Below are positions 26,595 through 36,035 of a DNA stretch of 64,000 nt, piece by piece. The notes under the pieces are model-generated. The model had not been told where the DNA came from. It worked only from the letters and a program-made list of their open reading frames with translations, and did no database searches. Source of the DNA: an uncultured Candidatus Saccharibacteria bacterium (GTDB lineage: Bacteria; Patescibacteriota; Minisyncoccia; UBA6257; Colwellbacteraceae); the NCBI GenBank assembly GCA_964643135.1, contig CAZXPC010000001.1, forward strand, positions 39,726-103,725, written 5' to 3'. Numbering within the stretch: the stretch's first letter is position 1; each line of letters opens with the position of its first letter. The translations under genes were made by a program, and so were the position numbers.

Positions 26595-28694
26595 ATGCGT
26601 AAATACCCAATTGAAAAAGTTCGGGACATTGGAATCATCGCGCACATCGATGCCGGTAAGACCACCGTTTCGGAGCGTATTCTTTTCTACACCGGAGTTT
26701 CTCACAAAATCGGCGAGGTGCACGAGGGCGAAACCGTCATGGACTGGATGGACCAAGAGCGTGAGCGAGGCATTACGATCACTTCCGCTGCGACCACCTG
26801 TTTTTGGACCCCGACTTATGTAAACGGCGACAAAAAGTTTGAACACCGAATTAACCTAATCGATACCCCGGGCCACATCGACTTTACGGTTGAAGTTAAG
26901 CGATCGCTCCGGGTGCTTGACGGCGCGGTCGTAGTTTTCGACGGCGTTTCCGGCGTGGAACCGCAGTCCGAAACCAACTGGCACTATGCCGACGACTACA
27001 AAGTTCCTCGCATCTGTTTTATCAACAAGCTCGACCGCATGGGCGCGAGTTATGAATTTTGTTTGAAATCTATCCGAGAAAGGCTCACTCCGAACGGCGT
27101 ACCAATTCAACTTAACATCGGCACCGAAGGCGAATTTAAAGGCGTGATCGACCTCATTAAGATGAAGGCCTATGGCTTTGAAGGCGACAAGGGCGAGACA
27201 ATCGTTGAAATTGAAATTCCGGAAAATATGAAGGAAGAAGCTCAAACTTGGAGAAACCAGATGATCGAAAAGATTGCCGAGACCGACGACGCGATGTCGA
27301 CCAAATATTTGGAAGGCGCCGAATTCACAGTTGACGAATTGAAGGCGGCCTTAAGGAAGGCGACCTTGAAAGTGCAGCTGGTGCCAATCGTTTGCGGATC
27401 GGCTTTGAAGAACAAAGGAGTGCAGCTCGTGCTCGACGCTGTTATCGACTACTTGCCGTCTCCGCTCGATGTGCCTCCGGTTAAAGCGATTGACCAGAAA
27501 ACCGGTTTGGAAGTTTTGCGCCACCCGGATGATACCGAACCTTTCACAGCACTTGCGTTCAAAATCGCGGCTGACCCGTATGTGGGCAGTCTTACTTTTT
27601 TCCGCGTATATTCAGGAACATTGAAGAAGGGTAGCTATATTGTGAACGTGACTAAGGGCAGGCAGGAACGCGTTGGCCGAATATTGCGTATGCATGCCAA
27701 CGAACGAGAAGAAATTGATGAAATCTATGCCGGTGAAATCGGCGCACTGGTAGCTCTTAAAGACACTACAACCGGAGACTCATTGACCGACCCGGAACAC
27801 CCGGTAGTTTTGGAAAAAATCGACTTCCCGGAACCGGTTATCAGCCAGAGAATTACCCCGAAGACTAAGGCTGATCAGGAAAAACTTGGCGTGGCTTTGA
27901 GGCGATTGGCCGAAGAAGATCCGACTTTCCGCGTAGCTGGCGACCCAGAAACCGGTGAAACTATCATTTCCGGCATGGGCGAATTGCACTTGGAAGTTTT
28001 GGTTGAACGTATGCGCCGGGAATTTAGCGTCGACACGACTGTCGGCCGGCCGCAGGTTGCTTACAAAGAAACTATTTTGGGCGAATCTGAAGCTGAAGGT
28101 AAGTTCATCAAGCAGTCCGGCGGCAAGGGTCAGTACGGTCACGTCTGGCTCCGTATCAAGCCTTTGGAACGCGGGAAGGGCTTTGAATTCATCGATGCTA
28201 CTAAGGGTGGATCAATTCCTAAAGAATTTATTAAGCCGGTTGAGAAGGGTGTCGAAGAGGCCCTTAGCCGCGGTGTAGTCGCAGGTTTTAAGATAATTGA
28301 TACCGAGGTCACCGTTTTTGACGGATCTTACCACGATGTCGACTCGTCTGAAGCAGCCTTCAAGATCGCCGGTTCGATGGCTTTGCAGGAATGCGTTAAG
28401 AAAGCTAAACCGGTTATTCTGGAACCAATTATGCGCGTGCAGACGCTGGCGCCGGTAGAATTCTTCGGCGACATCACGGGCGACATCTCTTCAAAGCGAG
28501 GACGCATTAACGAAATCACTGACAGAGGAATGATTAAAGTGACCGACTCCGAAGTTCCGCTTTCTGAAATGTTCGGCTATGCGACCAAGCTGAGGTCCAT
28601 GACCCAGGGCCGAGGATCCTTTACGATGGAATTTTTGAAGTACGAACCGGTGCCGAAGGCGGTAGAGGCTGACATCGTCGCCGGCAAAAAGTAG
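26595..28694 (+). CDS. fusA: Elongation factor G
   Basis: G1 [22 protein letters not shown]. 699 aa with EF-G domains IV-V ([11 protein letters not shown]...). Confidence 0.95.
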   Translation: MRKYPIEKVRDIGIIAHIDAGKTTVSERILFYTGVSHKIGEVHEGETVMDWMDQERERGITITSAATTCFWTPTYVNGDKKFEHRINLIDTPGHIDFTVEVKRSLRVLDGAVVVFDGVSGVEPQSETNWHYADDYKVPRICFINKLDRMGASYEFCLKSIRERLTPNGVPIQLNIGTEGEFKGVIDLIKMKAYGFEGDKGETIVEIEIPENMKEEAQTWRNQMIEKIAETDDAMSTKYLEGAEFTVDELKAALRKATLKVQLVPIVCGSALKNKGVQLVLDAVIDYLPSPLDVPPVKAIDQKTGLEVLRHPDDTEPFTALAFKIAADPYVGSLTFFRVYSGTLKKGSYIVNVTKGRQERVGRILRMHANEREEIDEIYAGEIGALVALKDTTTGDSLTDPEHPVVLEKIDFPEPVISQRITPKTKADQEKLGVALRRLAEEDPTFRVAGDPETGETIISGMGELHLEVLVERMRREFSVDTTVGRPQVAYKETILGESEAEGKFIKQSGGKGQYGHVWLRIKPLERGKGFEFIDATKGGSIPKEFIKPVEKGVEEALSRGVVAGFKIIDTEVTVFDGSYHDVDSSEAAFKIAGSMALQECVKKAKPVILEPIMRVQTLAPVEFFGDITGDISSKRGRINEITDRGMIKVTDSEVPLSEMFGYATKLRSMTQGRGSFTMEFLKYEPVPKAVEADIVAGKK

Positions 28695-28833
28695 AAATTT
28701 CTTTAAAACCAGCGATCTTCTGCGTTGCGGGTCCCGACAAACTTCGTCGAAGTAGTATTCAAAGACTACATCTCCTCGTTTGTCCTCCCGCGCCTTGGAT
28801 CTCATCTGATTTTATAGAAATTTAAGTATAGTA

Positions 28834-28866
28834 AAAAAGCGTCCCGTTCTACGGGGCGCTTTTTGA
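28834..28866 (+). terminator. Intrinsic terminator after fusA
   Basis: Stem AGCGTCCCG / CGGGGCGCT with 5-nt loop followed by TTTT. Confidence 0.55.
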
Positions 28867-28870
28867 CCTC

Positions 28871-28898
28871 TTGACGAATTATTTTAGATCAGTATACT
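28871..28898 (+). promoter_or_regulatory. Promoter-like TTGACG-N16-TATACT upstream of island gene G5, followed by a 150-nt leader with an 8-bp inverted repeat AATTTGAG/CTCAAATT (about 28918-28942)
   Basis: Hexamers and inverted repeat seen in sequence. Confidence 0.4.
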
Positions 28899-29056
28899 AG
28901 CAAGTCTGTTCTTTATAAATTTGAGTTACTAAACCTCAAATTCTGCGGTGGACAGAAGGAGATTTCTTCTAAGAAGCCTCTTCCTGCCCCCGCGGAATTT
29001 GTGTGTTTCGAGCCTCACGGCTTGAGATACGCGGATGATGCGGTTCCCAGTCAGCA

Positions 29057-29842
29057 ATGAAAGGGGACGATGGACATATGGGGATGTCCACCGAAAAACG
29101 ATGGAGTCGATACAACATGTCGCCTGCGACCCAGACCACCACGACGCCGATCCGCAAGACCGTTGACGTCAGCGCCGAAGCGATCCGCGAGGACGCGATC
29201 AGCCAGTTCCGCGCGACCCAGAAGCAGCCGCAGTTCAAGGCCATCATCGGCCAAGTCCTGCCGGCCGGGACGCTCGAGAACATGAGCCGCTCGATCCAGC
29301 AGTCGCGCGCCAGCACGCTCACGGGCATCGTCGGCGTTCAGGAGGGCAACCTCCCGATCGTACTGCACCTGCCCAGCCACGTGCTCTCGCTCTGCGACCG
29401 CCTCGCGATCGCGAACGGCGGCAAGCTCGAGAACGTGCCGACCTGGATCAACCAGGTCCAGCGCCGCACCCCCTGGGCCATGATGCCCGAGGGGCAGCTC
29501 CAGGGAACGACCGACTTCGACCTCCAGGGCGTGCCGACCGTCAACATCACGACGGAGATCCGCACCTGCCAGGCCGAGAAGCGCAGCTTCCCGACGACCG
29601 AGCAGCTCGTCGACGCGATCAACGCCGCGCGGGCCAAGGCGCAGCACGACGACGAGGAGTTCGTCCTCGTCGGCAAGACGTTCCTCGCGTTCGGCGACAT
29701 CGCCGGCCAGGGCTACACGCCGACCATCACGGTCGGCGAGGACACCCAGACGCTCGGCCGCGTGCCGTTCGTCGAAGGCGAGGAGCTCGAAGACGAGGCC
29801 GTGCTCGCGAACTACGACACGGTCTACGGCTTCTCCAGCTGA
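29057..29842 (+). CDS. GC-rich island gene G5: soluble protein of unknown function
   Basis: 261 aa. Roughly 65% GC with about 90% GC3 (cgc/gcg/atc/ctc/gag/ggc codons). AAGGGG SD-like sequence upstream. Perfect 11-bp stem GGACCTAGATT/AATCTAGGTCC plus T6 terminator at about 29868-29930. Antisense ORFs 28969-29328 and 29051-29899 are shadow ORFs. Confidence 0.6.
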   Translation: MKGDDGHMGMSTEKRWSRYNMSPATQTTTTPIRKTVDVSAEAIREDAISQFRATQKQPQFKAIIGQVLPAGTLENMSRSIQQSRASTLTGIVGVQEGNLPIVLHLPSHVLSLCDRLAIANGGKLENVPTWINQVQRRTPWAMMPEGQLQGTTDFDLQGVPTVNITTEIRTCQAEKRSFPTTEQLVDAINAARAKAQHDDEEFVLVGKTFLAFGDIAGQGYTPTITVGEDTQTLGRVPFVEGEELEDEAVLANYDTVYGFSS

Positions 29843-30006
29843 ACCCGCCCCCGTGTGCGTCCCAATCGGACCTAGATTAAAGCAATAAGAGTCTTGCACT
29901 CTGAGCTAACAATCTAGGTCCACTTTTTTACTCAAAAATATTGACTTAGATTTTCGCTGGTATAATATTATGTCGCGGGAGACATTCCGCTGTGAGGTAC
30001 GCAAAA

Positions 30007-30225
30007 ATGAAGACAGGAATTGTATTGGCACTGGGAGCAATGCTCGCGCTCACGTTCGTGACCATGGCCATTGCCCAGCCCGCTCAGGCTGAAGCAGGGA
30101 GAGTGTGCTATGTTGGTCCCACATGGATAGCTGACCAGCAGTACACGCAGGGCTGGGTCGCATGCTGTCCGGACGAGAGCGACCCTACCACCTGTGGTTA
30201 CGGCGGCTACTGGGTCAAGACCTAG
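30007..30225 (+). CDS. GC-rich island gene G6: small secreted cysteine-rich peptide (72-aa precursor, about 44-aa mature)
   Basis: Start at ATG 30007 (the ORF-track start at 29992 is GTG). Signal peptide MKTGIVLALGAMLALTFVTMAIAQPAQA/EAG. Mature part has 4 Cys (VCYVGP...ACCPDESDPTTCGYGGYWVKT). GAGGT SD 9 nt upstream. Hairpin plus T6 after stop. Confidence 0.5.
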   Translation: MKTGIVLALGAMLALTFVTMAIAQPAQAEAGRVCYVGPTWIADQQYTQGWVACCPDESDPTTCGYGGYWVKT

Positions 30226-30568
30226 TAGATCCAAAGGTCCACAATATCGACACGGTGTCTTTTTTCCTCTCACAACGCCCGAATGAAAGCTCTTAGAGCA
30301 ATTAAGTCGGGTTTATTTTTATCCGGCAATTTCTAAACGGCAAACGGCAACTCATTTTATAGGCGAGCGAGTTACTTTAGATCGGACTTCGAGCGCTGAT
30401 CTTTGTATTTCGGGGTGCCCCGTTGCGAAGCAATGGGGAGCGCAGCGACGGATGGCGAAGCGAAAACCGCAACGCGAGTTTGAGCGAGAGACTATCCGGT
30501 AAGCGAGCAGTTATCCACACCCATAACAATTTAAAGATGTTTTGGACAAGTTTTTTATCTTTCCACAG

Positions 30569-30596
30569 TTGACAGAGAGACGCACTCTAATATAGA
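30569..30596 (+). promoter_or_regulatory. Promoter-like TTGACA-N16-TATAGA about 210 nt upstream of tuf
   Basis: Consensus -35. Sits at the end of a 570-bp non-coding gap. Confidence 0.35.
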
Positions 30597-30808
30597 ATTA
30601 GAAACCTTAAGTCGCAAAGACTTAATCTTTGATAACTGTTGGAAATTTCGTTCATCTTTTGAGCGAGACGAAGTGAAAATTTTGATGCATACAAGAAGCT
30701 TGTACGCTGAAAAATTTTTGCAAAGTCGCAGCCAAAATATGGACGGAAGTGACAAAGTTGTTATCGAAGAATAAGTCTAAATATTAATTAACCAAATTTA
30801 GCAAAACT

Positions 30809-32008
30809 ATGGCAGAGAAAGCAAAATTTGAACGTACCAAACCGCACGTTAACGTCGGTACTATTGGTCACGTCGACCACGGCAAGACATCTCTTACCGC
30901 GGCTATTACTCACGTCCTTTTCTTGAAGGGCTGGGCGAAGAAAGAAGAAAAGGTTGACGACATCGACAACGCTCCGGAGGAAAAAGCTCGTGGTATTACT
31001 ATCGCGCTTCACCACTCTGAATACGAGTCTCAAAAGAGACACTACGCTCACATAGATGCACCAGGGCACGCTGACTACATCAAGAACATGATCACCGGTG
31101 CGGCTCAGATGGACGGCGCAATTTTAGTTGTGTCGGCTGCTGACGGCCCGATGCCTCAGACTCGAGAACACATTCTTCTTGCTAAACAGGTTGGAGTACC
31201 TGCCATAGTGGTATTCCTTAACAAATGCGACATGGTTGATGACCCAGAACTTATTGGTCTCGTTGAAGCCGAAGTCCGCGAACTTTTGACTAAATACGGT
31301 TTCCCAGGCGACACCACTCCAGTTATCCGCGGTTCAGCTGTTAAAGCTCTTGAAGCTAAGTCAGCTGACGACGCCGGTGCTAAGCCAATTCTTGAATTGG
31401 TTGAAGCTTTGGACAACTACATCCCAGATCCTAAGAGAGAAACTGACAAGCCGTTCTTGATGCCGATTGAAGACATCTTCTCGATTGAAGGCCGAGGTAC
31501 CGTTGTAACCGGCCGTGCCGAAAGAGGTATCTTAAAAGTTAACGACGAAGTTGAAATCATTGGTCTAAGGCCAACTCAGAAGACTATCGTTACCGGTATC
31601 GAAATGTTCAACAAGCTTTTGGATGAAGTCCAGGCTGGAGACAACGTTGGAATTTTGCTCCGAGGTTTGAAGAAAGAAGACGTTGAACGCGGCCAGGTTA
31701 TTTGTAAGCCAGGCGCTGTTACTCCGCACACTGAATTTGAATGTGAAATCTACGTTCTGACCAAAGAGGAAGGCGGCCGACACACTCCGATTTTCCCAGG
31801 CTACAAGCCACAGTTCTACATTAGAACTACGGACGTAACCGGTGAAGTTACTTTGGCTACTGGCACTGAAATGGTTATGCCAGGCGACACCGTTAAAGTT
31901 TCTGTTAAGCTTATCGCTCCAGTTGCGCTTGAAGAGAAACAGCGTTTCGCTATCCGAGAAGGCGGCAAGACCGTGGGTGCCGGCGTGGTCACTAAGATCA
32001 CTAAATAG
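30809..32008 (+). CDS. tuf: Elongation factor Tu
   Basis: [29 protein letters not shown]. 399 aa. Confidence 0.97.
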   Translation: MAEKAKFERTKPHVNVGTIGHVDHGKTSLTAAITHVLFLKGWAKKEEKVDDIDNAPEEKARGITIALHHSEYESQKRHYAHIDAPGHADYIKNMITGAAQMDGAILVVSAADGPMPQTREHILLAKQVGVPAIVVFLNKCDMVDDPELIGLVEAEVRELLTKYGFPGDTTPVIRGSAVKALEAKSADDAGAKPILELVEALDNYIPDPKRETDKPFLMPIEDIFSIEGRGTVVTGRAERGILKVNDEVEIIGLRPTQKTIVTGIEMFNKLLDEVQAGDNVGILLRGLKKEDVERGQVICKPGAVTPHTEFECEIYVLTKEEGGRHTPIFPGYKPQFYIRTTDVTGEVTLATGTEMVMPGDTVKVSVKLIAPVALEEKQRFAIREGGKTVGAGVVTKITK

Positions 32009-32052
32009 CGCTTGACAGTTCGCTCCTAGTACATTAAATTCTACACACCAAT

Positions 32053-32379
32053 ATGGCAAAGACAGATACACAAATCGATAAGATCCGCTTGAGGATTAAG
32101 TCATACGACCACCGGTTGATTGACAACTCCTGCAAGCAGATCATCGAAACCCTGGAGAGGCACGATGCCAAAATCGTGGGCCCAATCCCATTGCCAACAG
32201 AATTTAAGAAATATACGGTGAACCGTTCGACTTTCGTTCACAAGGAATCCCGCGAACAGTTTGAGATGCGCATCCACAAGCGCGTGATCGACATCTTGAA
32301 CCCGGTCACAAAGATCATCGAATCCCTAAAAGATTTAAATCTTCCCGCCGGAGTCGACGTCGAAATCAAAATGGTATAG
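32053..32379 (+). CDS. rpsJ: 30S ribosomal protein S10
   Basis: [39 protein letters not shown] ... HKRVIDI. Followed by perfect hairpin AGCTCCCC-GAAA-GGGGAGCT at about 32385-32404. Confidence 0.93.
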   Translation: MAKTDTQIDKIRLRIKSYDHRLIDNSCKQIIETLERHDAKIVGPIPLPTEFKKYTVNRSTFVHKESREQFEMRIHKRVIDILNPVTKIIESLKDLNLPAGVDVEIKMV

Positions 32380-32532
32380 AACAAAGCTCCCCGAAAGGGG
32401 AGCTTCTGGTTATAATACAATCATGCACAAACCCGAATTAATTCTTTTGCTGATAGCGCTCGTGATCCTTGGAGCCTATATTTACTTCTACCAAGGGCCG
32501 ATTACGATGCAGACAATCCACCGCTTCGGCTT

Positions 32533-33171
32533 CTAGGACTTGGCCTGCTCGCCAACTTTGGATTTCCATTCTTTTATAAGGTCTTGAATGGCTGAGAGGC
32601 CCGCCGAATAAGTCGACATGATCTTTTCAACCCTTTCTCTTTCGCTTAGATTTAATGTATTGCCGATATCGATCATGCTTTTTTGCCGGTCGGTCAATAG
32701 TTTATTGGTTTTCTCTACTTCTTCAAGATAAATGGCCGCTATCCTCTCGGCTCTCTTCCGGTCGGCAATATCTCTGATATTGCACTGGATCATTTTAGTG
32801 CCGTCGATAGGGTATAAGTTGCTCACAAATTCTACTTCAACCACGTGTCCATCTTTGGCCTTGAGCGGCATATCTTCGTACCGGACATAGCCCTTGTCTT
32901 GGAGTTCTTGGAAGACTGTCTTGCTCTCAGCAATGTCTCTAAAAGCGCCAAGCTCATAAAGTTTTTTTCCGACTACTTCCTCGAGAGAGTAGCCTATTAA
33001 TTTGAGCAAAAAAGGATTGGCGTCGATGATCTTCTCTGTCAGCGGGTCGATAAGGAAAATGCCGTCTTGGGCCATCTCAAAAAGCTTCCTGAATTTTATT
33101 TCGGAGATCTCGAGCTGATGGCGCATTTCTTCCGCCGTAATATTAGGATTGCTGGTGATCTTATTCTCCAT
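32533..33171 (-). CDS. Stand-alone PAS-domain protein with C-terminal coiled-coil, inserted antisense between rpsJ and rplC
   Basis: PAS fold signature MAQDGIFLIDPLTEKIIDANPFLLKLIGYSLEEVVGKKLYEL. No recognizable output (kinase, GGDEF, HTH) domain. Confidence 0.65.
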   Translation of the reverse strand: MENKITSNPNITAEEMRHQLEISEIKFRKLFEMAQDGIFLIDPLTEKIIDANPFLLKLIGYSLEEVVGKKLYELGAFRDIAESKTVFQELQDKGYVRYEDMPLKAKDGHVVEVEFVSNLYPIDGTKMIQCNIRDIADRKRAERIAAIYLEEVEKTNKLLTDRQKSMIDIGNTLNLSERERVEKIMSTYSAGLSAIQDLIKEWKSKVGEQAKS

Positions 33172-33226
33172 CGTGACTTGGGAATGATTATACCAAGAAT
33201 CAAGGGGGGGGCATAGAGGCAGGGTG

Positions 33227-33255
33227 TTGACAAGAAAATAAGTATCGTCTATTAT
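33227..33255 (+). promoter_or_regulatory. Promoter TTGACA-N17-TATTAT for the rplC (S10-type) operon
   Basis: Consensus -35, 17-nt spacer, TATTAT -10. A G7-8 homopolymer lies just upstream at about 33204-33211. Confidence 0.5.
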
Positions 33256-33291
33256 GTATCCACTTGAGAAAACCTAACGAAAGCGGGCGCG

Positions 33292-33312
33292 ACCCCTTAC
33301 GGGGTTTTTCTT
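33292..33312 (+). terminator. Leader hairpin ACCCC-TTAC-GGGGT followed by TTTTTCTTT: attenuator-like element between promoter and rplC
   Basis: Located about 35 nt downstream of the predicted TSS and upstream of the AATAAC element and rplC. Confidence 0.4.
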
Positions 33313-33321
33313 TATCAAGAA

Positions 33322-33406
33322 CAGATAACGCATAACTGATAACAAATAACAGAAAAGAAGCGAAAGCCAATTGTTATGAGTTATAAGTGATTAGTTATAA
33401 GTTAAA
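33322..33406 (+). repeat. AATAAC/GTTAT imperfect-palindrome element copy 3 upstream of rplC
   Basis: acagataacgcataactgataacaaataacag - aaaagaagcgaaagccaa - ttgttatgagttataagtgattagttataagttaaat, then ATG. Confidence 0.65.
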
Positions 33407-33409
33407 TTT

Positions 33410-33847
33410 ATGAAAGGACCATACGTCAAAGCCAAAAAGTTAACGATGAGCCAAATCTGGCAAAACAACCGCGTTGTTCCGGTAACTTATATTGAAATTT
33501 TGGATAAGCCCGAAGGATGGGATTTGAAGGTCGGTGATCTATTAAAAGTAACCGGTACAACTAAAGGTAAGGGTTTCCAAGGCGTAGTTAAGCGCCATGG
33601 CTTCGGCGGCGGTCCGTCGACTCATGGTCAAAAGAACCGGCAGAGAATGCCTGGTTCAATCGGTAATACGACTCCTCAGAGAGTGCTTCCAGGCCGCCGT
33701 ATGGCCGGACACATGGGCGTTGAAACTCACACTATCAAAAATGTAGTTTTGGTTGAATTGGCCGAAGACGGCAAGAAAGGGGCAGTTAAAGGCGCTATCC
33801 CGGGCTGGAGGAACAAGACTATTAAAATTCGCAAATCCCAGAGTTAA
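33410..33847 (+). CDS. rplC: 50S ribosomal protein L3 (short form, 145 aa)
   Basis: KGKGFQGVVKRHGFGGGPSTHGQ ... R.PGSIGNTTPQRVLPGRRMAGHMG. The internal region present in E. coli L3 is missing. Confidence 0.88.
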   Translation: MKGPYVKAKKLTMSQIWQNNRVVPVTYIEILDKPEGWDLKVGDLLKVTGTTKGKGFQGVVKRHGFGGGPSTHGQKNRQRMPGSIGNTTPQRVLPGRRMAGHMGVETHTIKNVVLVELAEDGKKGAVKGAIPGWRNKTIKIRKSQS

Positions 33848-33858
33848 ATATATTAGAT

Positions 33859-34542
33859 ATGAAAGCTGATTTATACAATGTAAAGGGAGCCAAGACCGGC
33901 ACGGTAGAATTACCGGAACGAGTTTTTGGCCGCAAGTGGTCAGCTCAGTTGGTTCACCAGGTTTTGGTTGGCCAGATTAAGAATTCCCGCCAGGTTTTGG
34001 CGCACGCTAAGGGGCGAGATGAAGTTCGCGGCGGCGGCAAAAAGCCTTGGGCGCAGAAGCACACCGGTCGCGCCAGGCACTCATCTATTAGATCTCCGCT
34101 TTGGAAGGGTGGTGGCGTGGCTCATGGTCCATCAAAAGATGTTAATTTCTCGGTTAAGGTTAATAAGCGCATGAAACAGGCTGCGATTTTTGCCGTGCTC
34201 TCACGCAAATTGAAAGATGGCGAAATCAAGATTGTTGAATCTTTGGGTATTGAGGCTCCTAAGACGAAGAATGTGGCAGAGCTATTAAAGGCATTAGGCG
34301 GAGCGACCAAAGTAGTCGTTGGCAGCCATCTTCTGATTCCGGACTTGACCAATAAGAATATTTTTAAGGCATCAAGAAATATTCCGAAAACTAAAAGTTT
34401 GAGCCCAAAGGCTTTGAACGTTTACGACTTAATGAGATACAAGAGTATTTTGTTAGATCGATCAGCTGTCGCCGCAATCGATTCTACCTACACCGATGGA
34501 GTTGAGAAAAAAACCGTCAAGGAAACCGCTAAGTCTAAATAA
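33859..34542 (+). CDS. rplD: 50S ribosomal protein L4
   Basis: GGGKKPWAQKHTGRARHSSIRSPLWKGGGVAHGP. Confidence 0.9.
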   Translation: MKADLYNVKGAKTGTVELPERVFGRKWSAQLVHQVLVGQIKNSRQVLAHAKGRDEVRGGGKKPWAQKHTGRARHSSIRSPLWKGGGVAHGPSKDVNFSVKVNKRMKQAAIFAVLSRKLKDGEIKIVESLGIEAPKTKNVAELLKALGGATKVVVGSHLLIPDLTNKNIFKASRNIPKTKSLSPKALNVYDLMRYKSILLDRSAVAAIDSTYTDGVEKKTVKETAKSK

Positions 34543-34544
34543 AA

Positions 34545-34802
34545 ATGAAATCCGATTTTGCATTCATAATCAAAAAGCCGTGGATCAGCGAGAAATCGAC
34601 TGCTTTGTCGCAGGCCGGCAAGTATGTCTTTTTGGTTGACCCGACCGCTAAAGCCGCGCAGATTAAGCAAGCGATTGAGAAGATTTACAAGGTCCACGTG
34701 GTGAAGATGAATGTTATTAATACTAAAAAGAGCGGAGTTATAACCAAGAAAGCGATTGTGATGCTGAAACACGGCGAGAAATTAGATGTAATGCCTCACT
34801 AA
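34545..34802 (+). CDS. rplW: 50S ribosomal protein L23
   Basis: 85 aa. IIKKPWISEKSTALSQAGKYVFLVDPTAKAAQIKQAIEKIYKVHV. Confidence 0.85.
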   Translation: MKSDFAFIIKKPWISEKSTALSQAGKYVFLVDPTAKAAQIKQAIEKIYKVHVVKMNVINTKKSGVITKKAIVMLKHGEKLDVMPH

Positions 34803-34803
34803 T

Positions 34804-35646
34804 ATGAAACACTATAAGCCATATACAAAGCAGAGAAGGCACATGACAACCGTTGATTACTCGGTCTTGTCAGATGTGAAGCCGATGAAGCGAGCGACTT
34901 ATGATTTAAAGAAGAACATGGCGCGCAACAACCAAGGCCGAATTACCGTGCGTCATCAGGGTGGTGGCGTGAAGAGGCTCTACCGAGAAGTCGACTTTGG
35001 CCAGACCAAGCTTAATGTTCCGGGCCGAGTTGAACACTTGGAATATGATCCATACAGGACATCTTTTATCATGAGGGTGGTCTTTAAAGACGGCGACAGG
35101 AGATATATGATCGCTCCAAATGGCGTTAAAGTCGGTGACCCAATCTTGATTGCGGAAAACGCCGCACTGACTCTGGGCAATCGTTTGCAATTAAAGAATT
35201 TCCCGATTGGCTATTTGGTGCACAATGTTGAGATCAACCCCGGTAAAGGAGGCCAAATTATCCGTAGCGCCGGTGGAGAAGCTCAAGTTTTGGCTCATGA
35301 ACACGGCTACACCCACTTGAAGATGCCGTCAGGAGAAATCAGGAAGTTTTTGTGGACTAACTATGGCTCCATGGGCAAGGTTTCTAATCCAGACTGGAAT
35401 TTAACCGTTATCGGCAAGGCCGGACGATCAAGAATGATGGGCATTAGGCCGACCGTCCGAGGCTCGGCGATGAACCCGGTTGACCACCCATACGGAGGAG
35501 GTGAAGGTGCACAGCCGCGAGGAACCCGCAAGCCGAAAACGATGTGGGGTAAGGTCGTGGGCGGAGTTAAGACCCGAAACCGCAAGAAGTGGTCGAATGA
35601 TTTAATCGTTCAGAGGAGAGTCAGCGTGAGAGCGAAGAAAGATTAA
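34804..35646 (+). CDS. rplB: 50S ribosomal protein L2
   Basis: RHQGGGVKRLYREVDF ... PNG.K.GD ... MNPVDHPYGGGEG. 280 aa. Confidence 0.93.
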   Translation: MKHYKPYTKQRRHMTTVDYSVLSDVKPMKRATYDLKKNMARNNQGRITVRHQGGGVKRLYREVDFGQTKLNVPGRVEHLEYDPYRTSFIMRVVFKDGDRRYMIAPNGVKVGDPILIAENAALTLGNRLQLKNFPIGYLVHNVEINPGKGGQIIRSAGGEAQVLAHEHGYTHLKMPSGEIRKFLWTNYGSMGKVSNPDWNLTVIGKAGRSRMMGIRPTVRGSAMNPVDHPYGGGEGAQPRGTRKPKTMWGKVVGGVKTRNRKKWSNDLIVQRRVSVRAKKD

Positions 35647-35682
35647 GACCAACGAGCAACCTACGAATAAAAATATAAATCC

Positions 35683-36024
35683 ATGAGCAGAAGTTCAAAA
35701 AAAGGACCATACGTAGACCCAAGACTGATCAAGAAACTTAGCGCGGCCAGTAAAGATGGCAAAGGCGCGAAGACAGTTATTAAGACTTGGTCAAGGGATT
35801 CGGAAATTTCTCCGGAAATGATCGGCTATACTTTCGGCGTCCACAACGGCAAGGATTTTATCGAGGTTTTCGTAACCGAAGAGATGATCGGCCACAAGCT
35901 CGGCGAATTTTCTCTGACACGCAAGTTTATCAGACACGGCGGCAAGATCCAGAAAGATTTGGAAATAAAGGCGAAAGAAGCTGAAAAGGCAACCGCCGTA
36001 GCGGCTAAAACTGGCGGCAAGTAA
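35683..36024 (+). CDS. rpsS: 30S ribosomal protein S19 (C-terminal Lys/Ala-rich extension)
   Basis: [18 protein letters not shown] ... [48 protein letters not shown]. Confidence 0.9.
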   Translation: MSRSSKKGPYVDPRLIKKLSAASKDGKGAKTVIKTWSRDSEISPEMIGYTFGVHNGKDFIEVFVTEEMIGHKLGEFSLTRKFIRHGGKIQKDLEIKAKEAEKATAVAAKTGGK

Positions 36025-36035
36025 TATTTAAATAT

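Noticed and set aside
28969-29899. Minus-strand ORFs 28969-29328 and 29051-29899 (282 aa) overlapping island gene G5
   Set aside because: Typical shadow ORFs of a very GC-rich gene. The plus frame has the strong GC3 bias and a sensible protein, while the minus products are Arg/Ala/Asp/Leu-rich nonsense (RRRGGLGRRRHVV...).
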